Shown here: piece by piece, positions 19,101 to 27,214 of the stretch
How positions within the stretch are numbered: position 1 is the stretch's first letter
Layout of the letters: each line of letters begins with the position of its first letter
DNA from: Calditrichaceae bacterium
Lineage (GTDB): Bacteria > Calditrichota > Calditrichia > Calditrichales > JBFXGD01
Direction of reading: 5' to 3'
NCBI GenBank assembly: GCA_050178385.1
Contig: JBFXGD010000008.1
Location: forward strand, 1-46,655
DNA length: 46,655 nucleotides
Program-made: the position numbers and the translations under genes
The notes under the pieces: generated by a model
Database searches by the model: none
Told to the model about the DNA's origin: nothing
The model's input: only the letters and a program-made list of their open reading frames with translations

Positions 19101-21801
19101 GCGCGAATCGCTCAGCATCAAATCCGATGCCCATATGCCTGTCTCCCTGTCCCATCCCGGATACAGGAATTTGCCCGTTAGATGCTTCTTTATCAATTTC
19201 CATGATAATATCTTCGGTGACATAACGATCCGCCATTTCAGTCAACTGATTTGAGCGGTGGACCTTTGTAGTGTCATGGATCCTGTTTTGCTCCTTCACC
19301 CAGTATTTTTTTTCTTCAAGATCGGGCGCGTTAAATATCAGCCTGTCCATATATTGCCGTTCTTCCTGAGCGACTTTGTTTTGTGGACAATAATTGACAC
19401 ACGCGTTGCACAAAGCGCAGTTCAGGTCTAACAATTCCGGTATCTGGCGCGGTTTACCCTCACGGGCTCCATACATGCAGGCATTTTCATCGCTACACAT
19501 ACCGCAATGGATACATGTTGTCGAATCAATAAATAATTTTCCGTATTCAAATCCCCGTGGATAAAGAATTTTTAATCCGTGAGACAGATGAGATTTTTCA
19601 TCTTTTTGCTCAGCTAAAGTATGCTCGGTATAAAGAGGGCTTTCTTTCATTACCTGCCAAAAGCGATCAATAAATTCTTTTTTCTCCTGATGACTCAACG
19701 CAAGGGCTTCGATAAACCTGTTATCTTCTTCCACTAAATCAAACAATTTTGTCAGCGGTATATCCGTTGGACAGACATGAGTACAATTATCACATCGTGT
19801 GCAAATTAAAAAACCGGCCGCTTCTTCCTTTGTGATGGCTTCACCTTCAACAAGTCTTAAAGCCGTTTTTCGCCTTGTGATCGGGGTAGCCGGTCCATAT
19901 AGGCCAAAAACGTCTGAAGTTGGGCAAACGCGCTCACAACTGTCACATTCGGCACATGGAGCGATTAATTCAGCCAGCGGTTTTTTATGAGCTTTTAGTC
20001 CGGGCGGTACCATTTTGGGAAAAACCGAGCTGCTGATATTCCATACTAATCTTTCAAACGGGTATGACAAAACATATTTTTTACCCTGCTGTCTTTTATA
20101 GGATGTGTTTACAATCCAGTGATTAAAAATGGGCGTCAGTCTCGAAAATACGCGGAAAGCTAATTTTTGGTTTTTTGTATTGATAAATTTTCCGCGGTTA
20201 ATCAGTCCATGTCTGTCAGATTCTGACTTTAGTTTGCTCAGGGAATGAAATTTCTCTCCGGCGATCTGTTTCCACTTCTTGAAAAAAGGAAAATTCCAGA
20301 TTCCAATTCCATAGGGCCGGGCGCCAAAATAAACCGCGACTTCCGTCATCAAGGGGACCAGCGCGAAATAAAGTTTATGTCTCAGTGTCCTTGTATCGGC
20401 CAGGATTAATGATTGCAGAAGCAGCTCACCGCTTGATAACAAATGAGCTTCGGTTTTTAAATCAATATTTAAAAGTTTTTGCAGAATTTGCATGATCATT
20501 TTTTGGTAGGACAGAAATGCGTCCAGTGGAATAATTGTTTCACTCACCAGCATGGAAGGCCCTTTTTGCTTCATCTGGACAGGAAGGAAGCGGTGATTCC
20601 ATAATTTATGAGCAAGAACGGTAGATACCTGTAAATAGGTGAGCTGATGAAATCTGATTTTTTGTCCGGAGGCGGCAAAAAGTCTTGTTTTTAACGCCTT
20701 CTGATAATCTTCTTTATCATCAAACTGCATTACGACGATATGATCAAAGTTAGCCATCTCCTGCAAATACTCATAATCTTCCCTGGCTTCGGCAAGCCTG
20801 ATCTGATCATTACGACGCAATGCTTCGGATGATCTCTTCTCCGAATGTTCTTTCTCTATGCGGAAGGTTTCTTCAATATATGATTTGTCAAAATATATGA
20901 CAGATGTGGGTTTGATTTCTTTTTCCTTTAATACTCGCATAAATTGGCCGGCATCTTCCGGCTCTTTAAAGGAAAAAGCAAAAGGTTTGGAAAGATAACT
21001 CTCTTTTCTTACCCTGAGTATTGCTCCGATAATGATCCCAACTTGCCCTTCACTCCCAAAATAATGGTCAAAATCATCCTGATTAGAATCGACAACCCTG
21101 AGTTCTCCCTGTGGTGTTATAACAAGAATGGAAAATATTGACTGGCTTATGTGCCCGTATTTATAGCTTCCGAGACCTAATCCCCCGGTTGCAATCCAAC
21201 CCGTTATCGTGCCGCTGTTCTTGTTTGTTATCTCCTGGCGCAGCGCGAATCCGTTCTCTTTCAGGTAATTCCGCGCATCAGGAAATATGACACCCGCGCT
21301 AAATCCGAAAACCGCGTTTTCCCTGTCAAGGTATTTGAAATCGAGATATGACAAATCCAAAATGATGTCTTCATTGATCGGCACCGCTCCGCCAAAGGGC
21401 CATGTTCCCGCTCCGCGGATTGTATAGTGGATATTGTTATTATGAGCCCATTCAACAAATATTCGTGTATCTTCAATGGTCCCGGGGCGAATGATAAACG
21501 AACATTTCACATTCAGCAGCCATTTCTTAAAAAGCCTGGGGACCATATGCGTACCTGTATCGGCCGAATAGATTTCCCGCTGTACGGCTCCCGGGATAAA
21601 AACTTCAGTCGCCGGACTGAGTAATTGCCCGAGTGCGTCTATTTGCTCCTGATATTTTTTGGAAATCGGTAGATTTTCCCTGAATCCATCCAGAATCAAT
21701 CGCCGTGATTTTTGCTGTTCTCTTACTTTGTCCTGGCAAGACTGATTAAGCAGAAAGGAATATATTTTGTCCCGATCGCCCACCGGAAGTGCATTCATCA
21801 T
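13174..21801 (-). CDS. Giant fusion: FAD-binding oxidoreductase + 4x[4Fe-4S] + two glutamate-synthase barrels + class II glutamine amidotransferase + GXGXG domain
   Basis: Uninterrupted ORF 13174..21864; likely start 21801 (GGGAG RBS). Motifs: IRGAGTWPFGGAVP; four CxxCxxC ferredoxin motifs; DTGEGG, SQGAKMGIGGH, DGPRGGTGA, SGGIRT, CDRNRNCHDGC; NCGVAAI, RNRGMDGVG, HVRLATG, NAHPF, HNGET; GSAGEYFGAFMQGG-type repeats. Confidence 0.85.
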   Translation of the reverse strand: MMNALPVGDRDKIYSFLLNQSCQDKVREQQKSRRLILDGFRENLPISKKYQEQIDALGQLLSPATEVFIPGAVQREIYSADTGTHMVPRLFKKWLLNVKCSFIIRPGTIEDTRIFVEWAHNNNIHYTIRGAGTWPFGGAVPINEDIILDLSYLDFKYLDRENAVFGFSAGVIFPDARNYLKENGFALRQEITNKNSGTITGWIATGGLGLGSYKYGHISQSIFSILVITPQGELRVVDSNQDDFDHYFGSEGQVGIIIGAILRVRKESYLSKPFAFSFKEPEDAGQFMRVLKEKEIKPTSVIYFDKSYIEETFRIEKEHSEKRSSEALRRNDQIRLAEAREDYEYLQEMANFDHIVVMQFDDKEDYQKALKTRLFAASGQKIRFHQLTYLQVSTVLAHKLWNHRFLPVQMKQKGPSMLVSETIIPLDAFLSYQKMIMQILQKLLNIDLKTEAHLLSSGELLLQSLILADTRTLRHKLYFALVPLMTEVAVYFGARPYGIGIWNFPFFKKWKQIAGEKFHSLSKLKSESDRHGLINRGKFINTKNQKLAFRVFSRLTPIFNHWIVNTSYKRQQGKKYVLSYPFERLVWNISSSVFPKMVPPGLKAHKKPLAELIAPCAECDSCERVCPTSDVFGLYGPATPITRRKTALRLVEGEAITKEEAAGFLICTRCDNCTHVCPTDIPLTKLFDLVEEDNRFIEALALSHQEKKEFIDRFWQVMKESPLYTEHTLAEQKDEKSHLSHGLKILYPRGFEYGKLFIDSTTCIHCGMCSDENACMYGAREGKPRQIPELLDLNCALCNACVNYCPQNKVAQEERQYMDRLIFNAPDLEEKKYWVKEQNRIHDTTKVHRSNQLTEMADRYVTEDIIMEIDKEASNGQIPVSGMGQGDRHMGIGFDAERFAHFHIVGPAQNRLHEGDPDEELSIILGKRDSYCRFDEQGNLLNEPYPTIKLMSPILYNTVSLESNGRVELALIKVSEKQKTLVAIELERLLENYNFIIKEGEYEHLPQVIMPRVDHELIHRLIVNPRTNREFLTDLWQMPVFEVEYHPNIERTLSYIRESVKAGNKQAPLISGYVEISEYDLIGSLSPVGKVKEKVNHLLDQGIDILHIHGMRNKDEYFVTSGAVRALHHYLMRIGRRHELSIIASGGIRLASDSQKTIQRGAEGTMIDFAALLALDPTSYKAIVEEKTTTEKLLSLDIDEAVKRLNNQAESRKVQILEVLGASGFKDIKKTVGEEGRLIDFHQLENRLQRDVFENDSLIAVYEKLNGDIIAGEFIDNKYVRTYMDLKQKIKPLSSPHNFYRLGDTNQTLYKRDYVWPGSLIESLGKMAAGDLSMLDFTNIKPTGLLGDGFDVMKILYNKDPMDIPDSALDGVRTALTLDKDLVLEAPWMFGGKSVGSIGLDTWRAHVTAARELGIQYDTGEGGYPTSFFLNSKGEPIFFSENVIQLIRPLFVSGEQYTVDEIRSILHSKGITEDSSPTVFEQIKHYPSLKPFHFMVVVDKDDEPFVSTEMKTGLFGVTKETIRKARRVVIAYSQGAKMGIGGHILAKKVNKLVSYLRGIEGVEKINVEKIEGLFGQLNKIIKKENHPLRNIAQSGLKILDEAQELKTVTENLKELLFEIQEAVYRLHKEKVLDDIDFENLIGLCESVINYSYSSIISPFPFHNCYSIEDVKAFVDVVHMINPEAVISVKVSPSIDIEFIATGLGRIAKDNTDEIIKTRFGEINPEDYTDEMKQYASKFGMKIEIWLDGPRGGTGASPNIIKGQMGMHIEYAIPLIHSRLVKDGLRNHVKFMVSGGIRTYEDVIKSVALGADGIIWGTAPLVAIGCDRNRNCHDGCSRGIATSNLTMQKLRDVEKNTIQMINAFTMMQMHVIRGIAALGFKDIRELRGRFDKLHWIGLKERVDHRFRINKEIQNEIELDQKLFVEQTEHAAGQSNCGVAAINGSLPVPGYILDSALNAMRNRGMDGVGVAKSLCFPEHQNEYGYSIMVKGVLQKEIESNLALQWKAEGRSFDEIFLRKEARSLTLYLREELMHKIKTVFLDPYFEFFGETNVQKTRDRYKQDEKGDEIDYREFGNENTDPGDIFRYFARVKKDVIYKYVEDTLLKYDWSHFLIHQFPNVTRDNYKDQPDFLQKAEDLYVFDHSINLSRILYTSIVDADKLIEFAGTRKMALDIKNINQSEYEKLSIDLLTLLRDFISEYSFERNKHMYQAREFKIAAVMSCGKNFATWKTAGRVIPWETPDAPNNIIHVRLATGSVVEQMNAHPFTKLHTALTHNGETTNYEALRQRVEQFGLSPLASTDTDVAALKFHLIGDEWAYPDWAMFESFSPTTGDDLKLIDPALKPKLEQIQRVEFASSPDGPYQYLCLRHDPQNKVTERVDLKDPADLRPNVSAFWKEGDRVFSMIASEEQALKKMMELLDKDGLIDGAMPDKVLVSSGMISRYHFDDKNKITGFEFFDRYGKEIIIESTGKHYSIRRAKLVEPPDVATFEGWENDFRAFFRKNLSLITFNDLGWLLNKLVAETEDNSSFFKKLEILTWLRDATRTLNPGEKAQSSLIDTVQYFIDQLLDRSNEPQFTNFVHVSREEAGSFNITPGENHVMVIDAGRFLPEGSDPVLSLAAFLNRAYDMGWRKYLIHRATGQRLISTAVMGSGDTDDVIMDVYGSAGEYFGAFMQGGTIRLHGNAQNFCAMGMHHGNLYVYGNAGKVCGYASKGGKVFIMGNVVDRCWTNSVNDTRCQDLEVLILGSATKYAGESLMGGNFFFGGMHFNSRGQLCLNERPYLGTKMLGGASRGNFVFFDPKNRLMEAQYTHGKVKEFTDVEWKYYLEKIRGVFELSNIALFKKNGSEFINVDGEMIEICREVFKLIVPKGGLKGYESH

Positions 21802-22071
21802 AAAAATTCTCCCATGCTTGGAAGTTTGAGCTGCTTTAGATGTACCGCGTGATTGATTAAACATCTTTCTCTGTCAGCAAACAGTAAAGATTGAAACTTA
21901 TCCATTAAACAGAAGGGGAATTATGATTGAAATCAACAATTACTCTGATTAAAAAAATTTACATCCTCAAATTTTATGATCCTGCTTATTTAGGTTCGGT
22001 TGACGCGGCGGTCGATAAAACATCAAGAAGGAGATCTTAAGAGGTTCAGTATTCGGGTTCATTAGAAAAAT

Positions 22072-22100
22072 AAAAAAAAGCGGCAATTTTAGTTGCCGCC
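22072..22100 (-). terminator. Rho-independent terminator after metK
   Basis: GCGGCAA/TTGCCGC stem with an A-run on the plus strand (U-run on the minus strand). Confidence 0.75.
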
Positions 22101-22107
22101 TTCATAA

Positions 22108-23247
22108 TCATTTCGCGTTTTGCAGATCTTTTACACGATCCGTTTTTTCCCAGGTAAATTCTTTCAACTCTCTCCCGAAGTGTCCGTATGCTGCAGTTTT
22201 TCTATAGATTGGTCGTCTCAGTTGGAGAGTCTCAATAATACCGGCTGGAGTAAAATCAAAAAGTTCGCTTACAATTTTTTCGATTTTCTCTTCATCAATT
22301 ACACCTGTACCGAATGTTTCGACCATCAAAGAAACCGGCTTTGAAACACCAATGGCGTATGCAACCTGAATTCCGCAACGTTCGGCAAGACCAGCAGCTA
22401 CGATATTTTTCGCAACATATCTTGCAAAATATGATGCGGACCGGTCCACTTTCGTAGGATCCTTTCCGCTAAAAGCTCCACCACCATGGCTGTACATCCC
22501 GCCATATGTATCAACAATAATTTTTCTTCCTGTTAGACCAGTATCTCCCTGCGGTCCTCCGGTCACAAACCGGCCTGTTGGATTAATAAAATATTCGATA
22601 TCAGCAGTTTTTTGCATTTCCGCCGGAATTACCTTTTTGATCACTTCTTCGATGACAGCCTCTCTTAGTATTGCGGCTGAAACATCAGGATCATGCTGAG
22701 TGGACACGACAACCTTCTCAACACCGACGGGTATTCCATCCTGATACCGAACAGATACCTGTGATTTACCATCCGGTCTCAAAAATGGGAGGATACCTGA
22801 CTTGCGGACTTCCGCAAGCTTAGCCGTAATTTTATGCGCCAAAGAAATCGGCATCGGCATATATTCAGGGGTCTCTTTGCAGGCATATCCGAACATCATT
22901 CCCTGATCACCCGCACCCGCTTTGTCAACACCCATGGCAATATCATTGGATTGCTGATCGATTGATGTCATAACCGCGCAGGTTTCGTAATCAAAACCAT
23001 AACTCGCGTTTGTATATCCTATATCTCTTATAACTTCCCGCGCCAGCGTCGGAATATCAACATAACAATCTGTGGTAATTTCACCGCCGATTAGTGTTAA
23101 TCCTGTTGTAACAAACGTTTCACAAGCGACTCTTCCGAACGGATCCTGAGCCAATACCGCATCTAACACTGCATCCGATATCTGATCAGCTATCTTATCC
23201 GGATGGCCTTCGGTCACGGATTCGGATGAAAATAAATATTTCCCCAT
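22108..23247 (-). CDS. metK: S-adenosylmethionine synthetase
   Basis: [33 protein letters not shown]. Confidence 0.97.
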   Translation of the reverse strand: MGKYLFSSESVTEGHPDKIADQISDAVLDAVLAQDPFGRVACETFVTTGLTLIGGEITTDCYVDIPTLAREVIRDIGYTNASYGFDYETCAVMTSIDQQSNDIAMGVDKAGAGDQGMMFGYACKETPEYMPMPISLAHKITAKLAEVRKSGILPFLRPDGKSQVSVRYQDGIPVGVEKVVVSTQHDPDVSAAILREAVIEEVIKKVIPAEMQKTADIEYFINPTGRFVTGGPQGDTGLTGRKIIVDTYGGMYSHGGGAFSGKDPTKVDRSASYFARYVAKNIVAAGLAERCGIQVAYAIGVSKPVSLMVETFGTGVIDEEKIEKIVSELFDFTPAGIIETLQLRRPIYRKTAAYGHFGRELKEFTWEKTDRVKDLQNAK

Positions 23248-23336
23248 TAATCACTCCTTCGACTACAATATGAATTAAGTTTAGCTGTTAAATATAGCTA
23301 ATTTTTGATAATAATTCCAGCCAACCTTTTCCGAAA

Positions 23337-24380
23337 TTAATTCCCAAATTTTGCCAGTTGGCTCTTCAGGTAGTCAATGTTTTTGATATCATCCGGTGAT
23401 TTTTTGTAAGCCAAAGCAAGATAATAACTTACCCAGTCACCCAGAATGATGAGGGAAAACACTTTTTCGAGGGTCGTTTCACCGTCGGAATATATATCTA
23501 CAACCTCAACCCCGCGATCTTTGATAATTTTTTTGGATAGTTCAATTCTTTGTTTGATGCGCGGCAAAGGATTTTCATTTTCTACAAATATCACGATAAA
23601 ATCTTTGACACAAGGCTGTTCAAGCTCCCATCCAACTATTTCATTGTGATTAAACTCCGGGAGGACGTTTGAGAATGCCAATGATTTGCCATTTTCCTGC
23701 ATCTGATTTTGCCAGCGTCTTGAAATTGCGCTTAAGTATGGTGCCGTGGAATAAATGATCGGAATCTTTCTGTGAATGGTCTGAGCCAGCTCCCTGGAAA
23801 GAATATGACTATCCGTTGTTGCATAATCATTTCTTCTTGATGTGTCTTTTGCAAATTTCACCAGCTGACTTAAATCCGGATCGTAACTATCTAAAAATCC
23901 TTCTTTACCTAACATATGATAGAGAGGAAAGAAGATATAACCAAGAGCCTGACGGGGAGGATACCCTTGTGGTATCTCAATTAAACCCCAGTTCTGTTCA
24001 TTTGCTTTTTCTTTTAATTTTCCACCGGATGTAATAACGACGAACTGTGCTCCGGAATCCGCAATACTATCTATTGCCATGAGAGTTTCCTCGGTATTCC
24101 CTGAGTAACTAGCAGCTATGACCAGCGTATTCGAATCGCAAAATTTCGGAGCGTAGTACCCCCTTGTTACACGAAGAGGAATATTTAAACTATCAAAAAG
24201 AACATCATTCAAAATATCGCCGGCAATGGCTGACCCACCCATTCCAAGATATAATATATTCTGAATTTTCTCCGGTTTGAGTGAAACATTCGCTTTTAGA
24301 TATAAATCTCCGCTTTCCTGAATCTGCTTGTAGAAGTTGTTCAAATAATTTTTGAATCCGGATTTGTCGATTGAGTACAT
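23337..24380 (-). CDS. Bifunctional phosphoglucose/phosphomannose isomerase
   Basis: GMGGSAIAG, SYSGNTEET, QENGK, PEFNHNE; two SIS domains. Confidence 0.9.
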   Translation of the reverse strand: MYSIDKSGFKNYLNNFYKQIQESGDLYLKANVSLKPEKIQNILYLGMGGSAIAGDILNDVLFDSLNIPLRVTRGYYAPKFCDSNTLVIAASYSGNTEETLMAIDSIADSGAQFVVITSGGKLKEKANEQNWGLIEIPQGYPPRQALGYIFFPLYHMLGKEGFLDSYDPDLSQLVKFAKDTSRRNDYATTDSHILSRELAQTIHRKIPIIYSTAPYLSAISRRWQNQMQENGKSLAFSNVLPEFNHNEIVGWELEQPCVKDFIVIFVENENPLPRIKQRIELSKKIIKDRGVEVVDIYSDGETTLEKVFSLIILGDWVSYYLALAYKKSPDDIKNIDYLKSQLAKFGN

Positions 24381-24393
24381 TGTTTGACTTCTC

Positions 24394-26178
24394 CTATTTT
24401 ATAAATTTTAGATCCGGCACATTGGCTTCAAGAAAAGCCTGACATTTCGCTTCGATCTGTCTTGCCGTATGTAATTTTTTTATAGCCCTGTATAAAGTAT
24501 TGCACTTTCCCGTATCCAGCGAACGCACAATTTTCTTAACTTCGGGAAGCATATGGGGATTCACACTGATACTTCTTAATCCTAAACCCAATAAAAGCGG
24601 AATAGCCTGTGGAACAGATCCAAGTTCTCCGCATAAACTAACATCAATATGGTGTTTATTCGCGGCCTTCACGGTTTTTGCGATCAGTTCTACAACCGCA
24701 GGATTAAACGCGCTGCAGGAACGGGCAACTTTATCGTTTGTCCGGTCTATCGCCAATACATACTGTGTCAGATCATTTGTACCGATACTAAAGAAATCAA
24801 CATATTCTGCGAGTATGTTGGCTGTTATGGCGGCAGACGGGGTTTCGATCATAATGCCTATTTGCACATCCCTGTTAAATGTTTTCCCTTTTTGACTCAA
24901 CTCCTGCTGAACTTCACTAATTAATTCTTTTGTTAACAGGATTTCATCAACGCAAGATACCATAGGCAGCAGAATTTTTAAATTCCCATAAGCGCTTGCT
25001 CTTAACAAGGCTCTTAGCTGGGTTTTAAATACATCCGGCATGTCGAGGCAAAATCTGATCGCTCTCCATCCGAGGAAAGGATTAAGTTCATTTTCGTGTC
25101 CGTATCCGGGTTTAATCTTATCTCCGCCAAGATCGATCGTTCGTATTATTACTGGCAGAGGAGAAAGATGTTCCACCAATTTTTTGTACATGTTATATTG
25201 AATCTTTTCCGACGGATTATTCTGATTTTCAAGATACATTCCTTCTGTCCTGAAGAGACCCACTCCATCGGCTCTGTTCCGTTTCACATCAGCCATTTCA
25301 TGATCGAATTCAATATTGGCCAGTAGATTAATTTTTTCATTGTCTAAAGTTATTGAAGGTTCTTTTACCTGTTTAAACAAATCATCTTCAAATAGTTTAT
25401 GCTCTTTTTGCATCTGCTTGTAATGTTTTATTGTCTTCTCTTCGGGATTCAGAACAATTTTTCCTTCAAAACCGTCAATAATGACATAATCATCATTTAA
25501 TAAAATTTTTGAAAGATTCGTCCTGTTCACAACAGCGGGTATTTTTAAGCTGCGCGCCAGAATTGCCGCATGCGATGTCTTACCACCCTGATCCGTAAGA
25601 AATCCAAGTAAAAAATTTCTGTTAAAATTAATCGTGTCTGAAGGCGAAAGTGATTCTGCAATTACAATTGACGGAGATGAAAGAAGATACTCGGTATGAA
25701 TCCCTAAAATCGTATGAAGAAGTTTTTGTTTTAAATCGATTATATCAAACGCGCGTTCACGAAAATAGATATTTTCCAGATTAATAAAATATTCACTTTT
25801 CTGTGAAAGAATTTTGGAGATTACGTTGACGGATGTCTGGCTGGTTTTTCGAATTTCATCCTCGATTTCGTTAATCAGGATGGGATCATCGAGAAACGCT
25901 TTCTGGCTATCAAAAATATCCGAAAATTGTTTTCCATAATGATTTTCGCTGTTGATCCGGGCCGATTCAAGCTGCTCCTTCACATTTTGCCTGGCTTCAG
26001 AGAACAAATCGATTTCTCTTTTGATATCATCAGATCGGATATCGAGACCAGCAAAATCGATCGACGGCTGACGGAAAACATATACATACCCAAGTGCGAT
26101 TCCGGGTGAAATTGCATATCCGTCCAGCACGACTTCTGTCCGGGGGTTTTTTAACGATTTTTTCCCATTATTCTTCAT
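24394..26178 (-). CDS. ptsI: PTS enzyme I (PEP-protein phosphotransferase)
   Basis: GGKTSHAAILARS (phospho-His), GLFRTE, ELNPFLGWRAIR, SIGTNDLTQY, CGE. Confidence 0.95.
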   Translation of the reverse strand: MKNNGKKSLKNPRTEVVLDGYAISPGIALGYVYVFRQPSIDFAGLDIRSDDIKREIDLFSEARQNVKEQLESARINSENHYGKQFSDIFDSQKAFLDDPILINEIEDEIRKTSQTSVNVISKILSQKSEYFINLENIYFRERAFDIIDLKQKLLHTILGIHTEYLLSSPSIVIAESLSPSDTINFNRNFLLGFLTDQGGKTSHAAILARSLKIPAVVNRTNLSKILLNDDYVIIDGFEGKIVLNPEEKTIKHYKQMQKEHKLFEDDLFKQVKEPSITLDNEKINLLANIEFDHEMADVKRNRADGVGLFRTEGMYLENQNNPSEKIQYNMYKKLVEHLSPLPVIIRTIDLGGDKIKPGYGHENELNPFLGWRAIRFCLDMPDVFKTQLRALLRASAYGNLKILLPMVSCVDEILLTKELISEVQQELSQKGKTFNRDVQIGIMIETPSAAITANILAEYVDFFSIGTNDLTQYVLAIDRTNDKVARSCSAFNPAVVELIAKTVKAANKHHIDVSLCGELGSVPQAIPLLLGLGLRSISVNPHMLPEVKKIVRSLDTGKCNTLYRAIKKLHTARQIEAKCQAFLEANVPDLKFIK

Positions 26179-26434
26179 AAAAATTTTTATCGATTAATTC
26201 TTTGATTGCTTTCATGGCTTCCAACTCATCATTTCCATCAATCTGCAGAACTAATTCACTGCCTGTCTCCGCGGCAAGCATCATGACTCCCATGATGCTT
26301 TTACCATTCACTTCCAGGCCGTCTTTTAAAATTTTAATTTCAGATATAAACTTTCCGGCGACCTTGACAAGATGTGCTGCGGGCCGCGCGTGTAATCCAT
26401 TTTTGTTTTTTATCCTTAATATTTCTTCTATCAT
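26168..26434 (-). CDS. ptsH: Phosphocarrier protein HPr
   Basis: GLHARPA (His15) and GKSIMGVMML (Ser46). Confidence 0.95.
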   Translation of the reverse strand: MIEEILRIKNKNGLHARPAAHLVKVAGKFISEIKILKDGLEVNGKSIMGVMMLAAETGSELVLQIDGNDELEAMKAIKELIDKNFYEE

Positions 26435-27204
26435 ACAATAACCGCCATAATCCCTATCATTAATGCTAAAACTAAAGGTAGTAAAATCGGACTGTAAACC
26501 GCCAGTTTTTTATTCCTCAGATAAACTGCAAGTCCGATGCTTGAAGCAAACACCAACAAACCGGTAAGATCTGAATGTAGATTTTTTATAGAAATGAATC
26601 CTATAAAAGCTCCTATTGCAGTGGTACCAAGAATGAGAAAAAAATTCTTTAACAATGCGTATCGTTCAATTTTTATCTGCTTATAGGACTGATATCCTTG
26701 TTGATACCCTTTTATAATTCCAAAAAATCTTACATATATATGCGGAACATTAAAAAGAATAAGTAAAAGTACAAGAAAAAGCAATTGAACCTTCAAATTT
26801 CGTATCATTATTATTCCGGCCGCCCCAAGGACAAGAGAAGTCGGCTTTATTATTCCCCAGAACAACTGATCTCCCACCGCACCCAGCGGACCGATTAATG
26901 CGTTTTTAAATTTTTCAATCGGCTCCATTTTTATTGAGGGGTCATTGGCAGAATCTTCTTCAAGACGCGCGATCGCGCCGAGCGCGAAAGATGCAAAATA
27001 AGGATGTGAATTAAAAAATCCCAGATGCCTCTTTAAAAACGCGGAATGTTCTTCTTTGGTCGTATATAGACGTTTGGCGACCGGAATCATTGCATAACTG
27101 AAACCGATGGAAACCAGACTTTTAAAATTCCAGGCCGTCTGAAAAAAGAAGGAACGGAAAAACATTGACACAAAATCGCTATATTTTAGTTTTTTCTCAT
27201 GCAT
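26431..27204 (-). CDS. PTS mannose/fructose/sorbose family IID component
   Basis: RSFFFQTAWNF, RHLGFFNSHPY, GPLGAVGDQLFW. Confidence 0.9.
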   Translation of the reverse strand: MHEKKLKYSDFVSMFFRSFFFQTAWNFKSLVSIGFSYAMIPVAKRLYTTKEEHSAFLKRHLGFFNSHPYFASFALGAIARLEEDSANDPSIKMEPIEKFKNALIGPLGAVGDQLFWGIIKPTSLVLGAAGIIMIRNLKVQLLFLVLLLILFNVPHIYVRFFGIIKGYQQGYQSYKQIKIERYALLKNFFLILGTTAIGAFIGFISIKNLHSDLTGLLVFASSIGLAVYLRNKKLAVYSPILLPLVLALMIGIMAVIV

Positions 27205-27214
27205 TCTAAACTTC

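Noticed and set aside
13409..21624. Numerous 60-165 aa ORFs within the giant gene (and similar ones inside other genes)
   Set aside because: Antisense or off-frame shadows of well-supported CDSs with no family motifs
23248..23336. SAM riboswitch upstream of metK
   Set aside because: 89-nt AT-rich spacer lacking SAM-I/II conserved motifs
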